This document shows positions 52,201 to 64,000 of a stretch of 64,000 bases of DNA, piece by piece. Numbering within the stretch: the first letter of the stretch is position 1; each line of letters starts with the position of its first letter. The notes below the pieces were generated by a model. The model did no database searches, had not been told where the DNA came from, and was given only the letters and a program-made list of their open reading frames with translations. The stretch spans positions 744,001 through 808,000 of the forward strand of contig CM082592.2 in the NCBI GenBank assembly GCA_040954595.2. The letters are read 5' to 3'. This DNA comes from Balanoglossus misakiensis. Its lineage: Eukaryota; Animalia; Hemichordata. Both the position numbers and the translations under genes were made by a program.

Positions 52201-52755
52201 TCCGTCACAATATGACAGACACTAGCGTACGTTAGCAACGGTGATCAAGTGAGATTTCCTACGGCATGGCTTGGCTAAAGCCCTGGCACTCTAGAGCAGA
52301 AACACGCGTACAGAGACCACGTTGATCTACTCACATTTCCTTCGGCCTGGCACGGCTGATGCCCCAGCACTATATATAGGACACAGACTGGCGTAAGTTA
52401 ACAACGGTAATCACGTCGGGTTTCCTACGGCCTGGCTCAGCTGAAGCCCCGGCACTCTAGAGCAGAAACACGCGTACAGAGACCACGTTGATCAAGTCTG
52501 ATTTCCTACGGCTTGGCTCGACTAAAACCCCGGCACACTATGACAGACACTAGCGTTCGTTAGCAACGTTGATCAAGTCAGATTTCCTACGGCTTGGCTT
52601 GGCTAAAACCCTGGCACTCTAGAGCAGAAACACGCGTACAGAGACCACGTTAATCTACTCACATTTCCTTCGGCCTGGCACGGCTGATGCCCCGGCACTA
52701 TATATATGACACAGACTGGCGTAAGTTAACAACGGTAATCACGTCGGGTTTCCTA

Positions 52756-55700
52756 CGGCCTGGCTCAGCTGAAGCCCCGGCGCTCTAGAGCAGAAACAGG
52801 CGTACATTGACCACGTTGATCAAGTCAGATTTCCTACGGCGTGACTCGGCTGGTGCACCGGCTCTATATGACACAGACTGGCGTAAGTTATCAACGGTGT
52901 TTACGTCGGATTTCCTACGGCCTGGTTTAGCTGAAGCCCCGGCACTTTAGAGCGGAAACACGCGTACATTGACCACGATGATCAAGTCAGATCTCCTACA
53001 GCCTGGCTCGACTAAAACCCCGGCACACCATGACAGACACTAGCGTTCGTTAGCAACGGTGATCAAGTCGGATTTCCTTCGGCCTGGCTCTGCAAAAGAC
53101 CCGACACTCTAGTACAAAGACGTTGGCTAAGTCGGGCAAACCGAACAGGGAAAGTCACAGTGGGTCAACACTCGACATTTGTTCCGGTAGGACTGCATTA
53201 TTGCCTGTCAATTTATAGAGAAAGCCCGAATTTAACCAGGGCGTTTCAAACACCGACGTTAGTTGGGGGCACGGCCTGCAGTACTGCCGGGTAAGCTGAC
53301 ATCAGCGTACCGCATATAATGTAGGGGGGGGGGGGGAACAGAACGGTTAAATACTACATTTATCAGATAGCAGCTAATTTTGGACAATCATCTAAAATGT
53401 AAATCATCTTTTCATATTTGGATATCTGATGATGTATGACATTTCCATTATATGTAAAAATGGTGCTGATTATAAAACATGCACTCTGAATGAACTGATT
53501 TAATACAAGATTGCGTTTTATTCGTTTTTGCACCAAAAAGGTCATTTTTAGGCAAAACATTCTTTATTTTTTTAATTCGGTGACCTGATCATATATAAAC
53601 AATTGCTTGTATGTTAAAAGTTTTTATGACTTTTAAAAGCAGTGACACTGGCGGCATTCATCACGAAAATAACAATTTTAGCCACAATTTAGTCAAAATG
53701 GTAAATTTTTGAAATTTACAAAATATACCTGTTTTCTACATTTTCGGAAATCTGATGGAGTGTAGAATGCTCTTCGTATGTATATATCGATACAAATTCC
53801 ACAAAAGACCGTCTAATTTGGCTCACTGCAGACAAAATTGCGTTTTACCAAATTTTCCTTGAAAATGTCATTTTTAGAAAAAAAAAAAAAACCTTTGTTC
53901 TTCGAATTTGGTGCCCTGATCATATATGACATGTTGATTGTATGTTAAAACTCTCGACCACTCCAAAAATGCTGAGATATTGACGGAATTCAAGAAAAAT
54001 AGCCATTTTGGCCATATTTTGACAAAAATGGTAAATTTTTGAAAAATCATAAAAAATTAACTCTTTTCTTCATTTTCGGAAATATTATGGAGCATGAAGT
54101 GTCGTTCTCTTGTAAAAAGTGCTGCAAATTCCAGAAAAGGCGGTATAATTTGAATCACCCAAGACAAAATTGCAATTTTTCGACTTTTTTTCGAAAAATT
54201 GTCTTTTTTACAAAATAAATAAGAATACATTCTTTTCTTAGTTTCAAACGGGTAGAGATACTTTCCACACGGGTTTTCTAACATTGAATTCCCGTTCATC
54301 AACTCAGATTTCCTACAGCATAAGTCGGCTAAAACCCTGACACTCTAGAGCAGAAACAGTTGCACACTGGTAACATTGAACAAGTCGATTTTTCTACGGC
54401 CTGGCTCGGCTAAATCTCCGTCACAATATGACAGACACTAGCGTACGTTAGCAACGGTGATCAAGTCAGATTTTCTACGGCATGGGTTGGATAAAGCCCC
54501 GGCACTCTAGAGCAGAAACACGCGTACAGAGACCACGTTGATCAAGTCTGATCTCCTACGGCTTGGCTCGACTAAAACCCCGGCACACTATGACAGACAC
54601 TAGCGTTCGTTAGCAACGTTGATCAAGTCAGATTTCCTACGGCATGGCTTGGCTAAAGCCCTGGCACTCTAGAGCAGAAACACGCGTACAGAGACCACGT
54701 TGATCTACTCACATTTCCTTCGGCCTGGCACGGCTGATGCCCCGGCACTATATATAGGACACAAACTGGCGTAAGTTAACAACGGTAATCACGTCGGGTT
54801 TCCTACGGCCTGGCTCAGCTGAAGCCCCGGCACTCTAGAGCAGAAACAGGCGTACATTGACCACGTTGATCAAGTCAGTTTTCCTACGGCGTGACTCGGC
54901 TGGTGCACCGGCTCTATATGACACAGACTGGCGTAAGTTATCAACGGTGATTACGTCGGATTTCCTACGGCCTGGTTTAGCTGAAGCCCCGGCACTTTAG
55001 AGCGGAAACACGCGTACATTGACCACGATGATCAAGTCAGATCTCCTACGGCCTGGCTCGACTAAAACCCCGGCACACCATGACAGACACTAGCGTTCGT
55101 TAGCAACGGTGATCAAGTCGGATTTCCTTCGGCCTGGCTCTGCAAAAGACCCGACACTCTAGTACAAAGACGTTGGCTAAGTTGGGCAAACCGAAGAGGG
55201 AAAGTCGCAGCGGGTCAACACTCGACATTTGTTCCGGTAGGACTGCATTATTGCCTGTCGATTTATAGAGAGAGCCCGAATTTAACCAGGGCGTTTCAAA
55301 CACCGACGTTTGTTGGGGGCACGGCCTACAGTACTGCCGGGTAAGCTGACATCGGCGTACCGCATATAATGTAAGGGGGGGGGGACAGAACGGTTCAATA
55401 CTACATTTATTAGATATCAGCTAATTTTGGACAATCATCTAAAATCTAAATCATTTTTTCATATTTGGATATCTGATGATGTATGAAATTTCCATTATAT
55501 GTAAAAATGGTGCTGATTATAAAAATGCACTCTGAATGAGCTGATTTAATACAAAATTGCGTTTTATTCGTTTTTGCACCAAAAAGGTCATTTTTAGGCA
55601 AAACATTCTTTATATTTTTAATTCGGTGACCTGATCATATATAAACAATTGCTTGTATGTTAAAAGTTTTTATGACTTTTAAAAGCAGTGACACTGGCGG

Positions 55701-58700
55701 CATTCATCACGAAAATAACAATTTTAGCCACAATTTAGTCAAAATGGTAAATTTTTGAAATTTACAAAAAATACCTGTTTTCTACATTTTCGGAAATCTG
55801 ATGGAGTGTAGAATGCTCTTCGTATGTATATATCGATACAAATTCCACAAAAGACCGTCTAATTTGGCTCACTGCAGACAAAATTGCGTTTTACCAAATT
55901 TTCCTTGAAAATGTCATTTTTAGAAAAAAAAAAAAAACCTTTGTTCTTCGAATTTGGTGCCCTGATCATATATGACATGTTGATTGTATGTTAAAACTCT
56001 CGACCACTCCAAAAATGCTGAGATATTGACGGAATTCAAGAAAAATAGCCATTTTGGCCATATTTTGACAAAAATGGTAAATTTTTGAAAAATCATAAAA
56101 AATTAACTCTTTTCTTCATTTTCGGAAATATTATGGAGCATGAAGTGTCGTTCTCTTGTAAAAAGTGCTGCAAATTCCAGAAAAGGCGGTATAATTTGAA
56201 TCACCCAAGACAAAATTGCAATTTTTCGACTTTTTTTCGAAAAATTGTCTTTTTTACAAAATAAATAAGAATAAATTCTTTTCTTAGTTTCAAACGGGTA
56301 GAGATACTTTCCACACGGGTTTTCTAACATTGAATTCCCGTTCATCAACTCAGATTTCCTACAGCATAAGTCGGCTAAAACCCTGACACTCTAGAGCAGA
56401 AACAGTTGCACACTGGTAACGTTGAACAAGTCGATTTTTCTACGGCCTGGCTCGGCTAAATCTCCGTCACAATATGACAGACACTAGCGTACGTTAGCAA
56501 CGGTGATCAAGTCAGATTTTCTACGGCATGGCTGGGATAAAGCCCCGGCACTCTAGAGCAGAAAAACGCGTACAGAAACCACGTTGATCAAGTCTGATCT
56601 CCTACGGCTTGGCTCGACTAAAACCCCGGCACACTATGACAGACACTAGCGTTCGTTAGCAACGTTGATCAAGTCAGATTTCCTACGGCATGGCTTGGCT
56701 AAAGCCCTGGCAGTCTAGAGCAGAAACACGCGTACAGAGACCACGTTGATCTACTCCCATTTACTTCGGCCTGGCACAGCTGATGCCCCGGCACTATATA
56801 TAGGACACAGACTGGCGTAAGTTAACAACGGTAATCACGTCGGGTTTCCTACGGCCTGGCTCAGCTGAAGCCCCGGCACTCTAGAGCAGAAACAGGCGTA
56901 CATTGACCACGTTGATCAAGTCAGATGTCCTACGGCGTGACTCCGCTGGTGCACCGGCTCTATATGACACAGACTGGCGTAAGTTATCAACGGTGATTAC
57001 GTCGGATTTCCTACGGCCTGGTTTAGCTCAAGCCCCGGCACTTTAGAGCGGAAACACGCGTACATTGACCACGATGATCAAGTCAGATCTCCTACGGCTT
57101 GGCTCGACTAAAACCCCGGCACACTATGACAGACACTAGCGTTCGTTAGCAACGTTGATCAAGTCAGATTTCCTACGGCATGGCTTGGCTAAAGCCCTGG
57201 CATTCTAGAGCAGAAACACGCGTACAGAGACCACATTGATCTACTCACATTTCCTTAGGCCTGGCACGGCTGATGCCCCGCACTATATATAGGACACAGA
57301 CTGGCGTAAGTTAACAACGGTAATCACGTCGGGTTTCCTACGGCCTGGATCAGCTGAAGCCCCGGCACTCTAGAGCAGAAACAGGCGTACATTGACCACG
57401 TTGATCAAGTCAGATTTCCTACGGCCTGGTTCGACTAAAACCCCGGCACACCATGACAGACACTAGCGTTCGTTAGCAACGGTGATCAAGTCGGATTTCC
57501 TTCGGCCTGGCTCGGCAAAAGACCCGACCCTCTAGTACAAAGACGTTGGCTAAGTCGGGCAAACCGAAGAGGGAAAGTCACAGCGGGTCAACACTCGACA
57601 TTTGTTCGGGTAGGACTGCATTATTGCCTGTTAATTTATAGAGAAAGCCCGAATTTAACCAGGGCGCTTCAAACACCGACGTTAGTTGGGGGCACGGCCT
57701 GCAGTACTGCCGGGTAAGGTGACATCGGCTTACCGCATATAATGTAGGGGGGGGGGAGAAACAGAACGGTTCAATACTACATTTATCAGATATCAGCTAA
57801 TTTTGGACAATCATCTAAAATCTAAATCATCTTTTCATATTTGGATATCTGATGATGTATGAAATTTCCATTATATGTAAAAATGGTGCTGATTATAAAA
57901 ATGCACTCTGAATGAGCTGATTTAATACAAAATTGCGTTTTATTCGTTTTTGCACCAAAAAGGTCATTTTTAGGCAAAACATTCTTTATTTTTTTAATTC
58001 GGTGACCTGATCATATATAAACAATTGCTTGTATGTTAAAAGTTTTTATGACTTTTAAAAGCAGTGACACTGGCGGCATTCAACACGAAAATAACAATTT
58101 TAGCCACAATTTGGTCAAAATGGTAAATTTTTGAAAATTACAAAAAATACCTGTTTTCTACATTTTTGGAAATCTGATGGAGTATAGAATGCTCTTCGTA
58201 TATATATATCGATACAAATTCCACAAAAGACCGTCTAATTTGGCTCACTGCAGACAAAATTGCGTTTTACCAAATTTTCCTTGAAAATGTCATTTTTAGA
58301 AAAAAAAATAAAAAAACCTTTGTTCTTCAAATGTGGTGCCCTGATCATATATGACATGTTGATTGTATGTTAAAACTTTCGACCACTCCAAAAATGCAGA
58401 GATATTGACGGAATTCAAGAAAAAATAGCCATTTTGGCCATATTTTGACAAAAATGGTAAATTTTTAAAAAATCATAAAAAATAACTATTTTCTTCATTT
58501 TCGGAAATATTATGAAGCATGAAGTGTCGTTCTCTTGTAAAAAGTGCTGCAAATTCCAGAAAAGGTGGTATAATTTGAATCACCCAGACAAAATTACCAT
58601 TTTCGACTTTTTTTCGAAAAATTGTCTTTTTAACAAAATAAATAAGAATAAATTCTTTTCTTAGTTTCAAACGGGAAGAGATACTTTCCACACGGGTTTT

Positions 58701-61205
58701 CTAACATTGAATTCCCGTTCATCAACTCAGATTTCCTACAGCATAAGTCGGCTAAAACCCTGACACTCTAGAGCAGAAACAGTTGCACACTGGTAACGTA
58801 AAACAAGTCGATTTTTCTACGGCCTGGCTCGGCTAAATCTCCGTCACAATATGACAGACACTAGCGTACGTTAGCAACGGTGATCAAGTCAGATTTTCTA
58901 CGGCATGGCTTGGATAAAGCCCCTGCTCTCTAGAGCAGAAACACGCGTACAGAGATCACGTTGATGAAGTCTGATCTCCTACGGCTTGGCTCGACTAAAA
59001 CCCCGGCACACTATGACAGACACTAGCGTTATTATTATTATTATTATTAAGAATTGTTTAAAATGCGCTACACATACGTCTCAGCGCATTGTGCATAGCT
59101 AAAACAGTAGATTAAAAAATACAAGGCTGGTAAAAATAGTTAAAAGGACACAATCGAACACGTTACAAATAAAACCGAGTAAAAAGGTATGTTTTCAAAT
59201 TACGCTTAAAAATATTGAGCGTTCGTTAGCAACGTTGATCAAGTCAGATTTCCTACGGCATGGCTTTGCTAAAGCCCTGACACTCTAGAGCAGAAACACG
59301 CGTACAGAGACCACGTTGATGTACTCACATTTCCTTCGGCCTGGCACGGCTGATGCCCTGGCACTATATATAGGACACAGACTTGCGTAAGTTAACAACT
59401 GTAATCACGTCGGGTTTCCTACGGCCTAGCTCAGCTGAAGCCCCGGCACTCTAGAGCAGAAACAGGCGTACATTGACCACGTTGATCAAGTCAGATTTCC
59501 TACGGCGTGACTCGGCTGGTGCACCGGCTCTATATGACACAGACTGGCGTAAGTTATCAACGTTGATTACGTCGGATTTCCTACGGCCTGGTTTAGCTGA
59601 AGCCCCGGCACTTTAGAGCGGAAACACGCGTACATTGACCACGATGATCAAGTCAGATCTCCTACGGCCTGGCTCGACTAAAACCCCGGCACACCATGAC
59701 AGACACTAGCGTTCGTTAGCAACGGTGATCAAGTCGGATTTCCTTCGGCCTGGCTCTGCAAAAGACCCGACACTCTAGTACAAAGACGTCGGCTAAGTCG
59801 GGCAAACCGAAGAGGGAAAGTCACAGCGTGTCAACACTCGACATTTGTTCGGGTAGGACTGCATTATTGCCTGTCAATTTATAGAGAAAGCCCGAATTTA
59901 ACCAGGGCGTTTCAAACACCGACGTTAGTTGGGGGCACGGCCTGCAGTACTGCCGGGTAAGCTGACATCGGCGTACCGCATATAATGTAGGGGAGGGGGG
60001 GGGGGAAGAGAACGGTTCAATACTACATTTATTAGATATCAGCTAATTTTGGACAATCATCTAAAATCTAAATCATTTTTTCATATTTGGATATCTGGTG
60101 ATGTATGAAATTTCCATTATATGTAAAAATGGTGCTGATTATAAAAAAATGCACTCTGAATGAGCTTATTTAATACAAAATTGCGTTTTATTCGTTTTAG
60201 CACCAAAAAGGTCATTTTTAGGCCAAACATTCTTTATTTTTTTTAATTCGGTGACCTGATCATATATAAACAATTGCTTGTATGTTAAAAGTTTTTATGA
60301 CTTTTAAAAGCAGTGACACTGGCGGCATTCAACACGAAAATAACAATTTTAGCCATAATTTGGTCAAAATGGTAAATTTTTGAAAATTACAAAAAATACC
60401 TGTTTTCTACATTTTCGGAAATCTGATGGAGTATAGAATGCTCTTCGTATGTATATATCGATACAAATTCCACAAAAGACAATCTAATTTGGCTCACTGC
60501 AGACAAAATTGCGTTTTACCAAATGTTCCTTGAAAATGTCATTTTTAGAAAAAAAACTAAAAAAAACTTTGTTCTTCGAATTTGGTGCCCTGATCATATA
60601 TGACATGTTGATTGTATGTTAAAACTTTCGACCACTCCAAAAATGCAGAGATATTGACGGAATTCAAGAAAAAATAGCCATTTTGGCCATATTTTGACAA
60701 AAATGGTAATTTTTTAAAAAATCATAAAAAATTAACTCTTTTCTTCATTTTCGGAAATATTATGGAGCATGAAATGTCCTTCTCTTGTAAAAAGTGCTGT
60801 AAATTCCAGAAAAGGCGGTATAATTTGAATCACCCAAGACAAAATTACCATTTTCGACTTTTTCTCGAAAAATTGTCTTGTTTTACAAAATAAATAAGAA
60901 TAAATTCTTTTCTTAGTTTCAAACGGGTAGAGATACTTTACACACCGGTTTTCTAACATTGAATTCCCGTTCATCAACTCAGATTTCCTACAGCACAAGT
61001 CGGCTAAAATCCTGACACTCTAGAGCAGAAACAGTTGCACACTGGTAACGTTGAACAAGTCGATTTTTCTACGGCCTGGCTCGGCTAAATCTCCGTCACA
61101 ATATGACAGGCACTAGCGTTCGTTAGCAACGTTGATCAAGTCAGATTTCCTACGGCATGGCTTGGCTAAAGCCCTGGCATTCTAGAGCAGAAACACGCGT
61201 ACAGA
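52756..61205. repeat. Near-identical duplicate of ~1-8455 (offset ~52.75 kb)
   Basis: Private variants and identical spurious ORFs recur in order (609/53363, 1303/54057, 2346/55100, 3351/56103, 7985/60732), including the L2 fragment. Confidence 0.93.
59031..59217 (-). mobile_element. 187-bp L2-like LINE 3' fragment, copy 3
   Basis: Appears identical to copy 1 and lies within the 52.75-kb-offset duplicate. Confidence 0.8.
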
Positions 61206-64000
61206 GACCACGTTGATCAAGTCTGATCTCCTACGGCTTGGCTCGACTAAAACCCCGGCACACTATGACAGACACTAGCGTTCGTTAGCAACGTTGATCA
61301 AGTCAGATTTCCTACGGCATGGCTTTGCTAAAGCCCTGACACTCTAGAGCAGAAACACGCGTACAGAGACCACTTTGATCTACTCACATTTCCTTCGGCC
61401 TGGCACGGCTGATGCCCCGGCACTATATATAGGACACAGACTGGCGTAAGTTAACAACGGTAATCACGTCGGGTTTCCTACGGCCTGGCTCAGCTGAAGC
61501 CCCGGCACTCTAGAGCAGAAACAGGCGTACATTGACCATGTTGATCAAGTCAGATTTCCTACGGCGTGACTCGGCTGGTGCACCGGCTCTATATGACACA
61601 GACTGGCGTAAGTTATGAACGGTAATTACGTCGGATTTCCTACGGCCTGGTTTAGCTGAAGCCCCGGCACTTTAGAGCGGAAACACGCGTACATTGACCA
61701 CGATGATCAAGTCAGATCTCCTACGGCCTGACTCGACTAAAACCCCGGCACACCATGACAGACACTAGCGTTCGTTAGCAACGGTGATCAAGTCGGATTT
61801 CCTTCGGCCTGGCTCTGCAAAAGACCCGACACTCTAGTACAAAGACGTCGGCTAAGTCGGGCAAACCGAAGAGGGAAAGTCACAGCGTGTCAACACTCGA
61901 CATTTGTTCGGGTAGGACTGCATTATTGCCTGTCAATTTATAGAGAAAGCCCGAATTTAACCAGGGTGTTTAAAACACCGACGTTAGTTGGGGGCACGGC
62001 CTGCAGTACTGCCGGGTAAGCTGACATCGGCGTACCGAATATAATGTAGGGGGGGGGGGGGACAGAACGGTTCAATACTACATTTATTAGATATCAGCTA
62101 ATTTTGGACAATCATCTAAAATCTAAATCATTTTTTCATATTTGGATATCTGATGATGTATGAAATTTCCATTATATGTAAAAATGGTGCTGATTATAAA
62201 AAATGCACTCTGAATGAGCTGATTTAATACAAAATTGCGTTTTATTCGTTTTTGCACCAAAAAGGTCATTTTTAGGGAAAACATTCTTTATTCTTTAAAT
62301 TCGGTGACCTGATCATATATAAACAATTGCTTGTATGTTAAAAGTTTTAATGACTTTTAAAAGCAGTGACACTGGCGGCATTCAACACGAAAAAAACAAT
62401 TTTAGCCACAATTCGGTCAAAATGGTAAATTTTTGAAAATTACAAAAAATACCTGTTTTCTACATTTTCGGAAATCTGATGGAGTATAAAATGCACTTCG
62501 TATACATATATCGATACAAATTCCACAAAAAACGGCAAATTTGCCTCACTGCAGACAAAATTGCGTTTTACCAAATTTTCCTTGAAAATGTCATTTTTAG
62601 AAGAAAAAAATAAAAAAAACCTTTGTTATTCGAATTTGGTGCCCTGATCATATATGACATGTTGATTGTATGTTAAAACTTTCGACCACTCCAAAAATGC
62701 AGAGATATTGACGGAATTCAAGAAAAAATAGCCATTTTGGCCATATTTTGACAAAAATGGTAAATTTTTAAAAAATCATAAAAAATTAACTCTTTTCTTC
62801 ATTTTCGGAAATATTATGGAGCATGAAGTGTCGTTCTCTTGTAAAAAGTGCTGCAAATTCCAGAAAAGGCGGTATAATTTGAATCACCCATGACAAAATT
62901 ACCATTTTCGACTTTTTTTCGAAAAATTGTGATTTTTACAAAATAAATAAGAATAAATTCTTTTCTTAGTTTCAAAAGGGTAGAGACACTTTCCACACAG
63001 GTTTTTTAACATTGAATTCCCATTCATCAACTCAGATTTCCTACAGCATAAGTCGGCTAAAACCCTGACACTCTAGAGCAGAAACAGTTGCACACTGGTA
63101 AAGTTGAACAAGTCGATTTTTCTACGGCCTGGCTCGGCTAAATCTCCGTCACAATATGACAGACACTAGCGTTCGTTAGCAACGTTGATCAAGTCAGATT
63201 TCCTACGGCATGGCTTGGCTAAAGCCCTGGCACTCTAGAGCAGAAACACGCGTACAGAAACCACGTTGATCTACTCACATTTCCTTCGGCCTGGCACGGC
63301 TGATGCCCCGGCAGTATATATAGGACACAGACTGGCGTAAGTTAACAACGGTAATCACGTCGGGTTTCCTACGGCCTGGCTCAGCTGAAGCCCCGGCACT
63401 CTAGAGCAGAAACAGGCGTATATTGACCACGTTGATCAAATCAGATTCCTACGGCGTGACTCCGCTGGTGCACCGGCTCTATATGACACAGACTGGCGTA
63501 AGTTATCAACGGTGATTACGTCGGATTTCCTACTGCCTGGTTTAGCTCAAGCCCCGGCACTTTAGAGCGGAAACACGCGTACATTGACCACGATGATCAA
63601 GTCAGATCTCCTACGGCTTGGCTCGACTAAAACCCCGGCACACTATGACAGACACTAGCGTTCGTTAGCAACGTTGATCAAGTCAGATTTCCTACGGCAT
63701 GGCTTGGCTAAAGCCCTGGCATTCTAGAGCAGAAACACGCGTACAGAGACCACATTGATCTACTCACATTTCCTTAGGCCTGGCACGGCTGATGCCCCGC
63801 ACTATATATAGGACACAGACTGGCGTAAGTTAACAACGGTAATCACGTCGGGTTTCCTACGGCCTGGCTCAGCTGAAGCCCCGGCACTCTAGAGCAGAAA
63901 CAGGCGTACATTGACCACGTTGATCAAATCAGATTCCTACGGCGTGACTCGGCTGGTGCACCGGCTCTATATGACACAGACTGGCGTAAGTTATCAACGG

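Larger units (their letters stand above)
49221..64000. repeat. ~2.05-kb macrosatellite array, segment 4
   Basis: The G-tract marker occurs at ~49228, 51107, 53324, 55375, 57747, 59989 and 62049. Confidence 0.98.

Noticed and set aside
609-62996. Dozens of recurring 60-120 aa ORFs in the satellite (MESIST..., MMNGNS..., MSKYGQ..., MNRSV...)
   Set aside because: Their frames shift freely between units with homopolymer length, they are F/K/I-rich translations of A/T tracts, and they contain no domain motifs.

Overview
This is eukaryotic, most likely animal, repetitive DNA with no recognisable host gene. About 52 kb of the window is a tandem array of roughly 25 copies of a ~2.05-kb macrosatellite. 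Each unit has three parts: a GC-rich block of ten 81-bp monomers alternating A/B (162-bp dimers), a ~240-bp unique core with a variable G-tract, and an AT-rich block of ~2.8 diverged ~330-bp subrepeats. Retroelements interrupt the array: three copies of one 187-bp L2-like LINE 3' fragment (6281, 11408, 59031), a 3' fragment of a BEL/Pao LTR retrotransposon (13392-14826), and two related, head-to-head Tx1/L1-group non-LTR elements with target-site duplications (36351-41368 minus, apparently full length; 44172-49220 plus, slightly 5'-truncated). Both Tx1 elements have a disrupted ORF2. The first ~8.4 kb recurs almost identically at an offset of ~52.75 kb. The most notable observations are two unrelated LINEs inserted at the same homologous nucleotide of B-type monomers, a CENP-B-box-like motif at that site, and a PIP-box-like motif shared by both ORF1 proteins. 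All alignments were done by eye.
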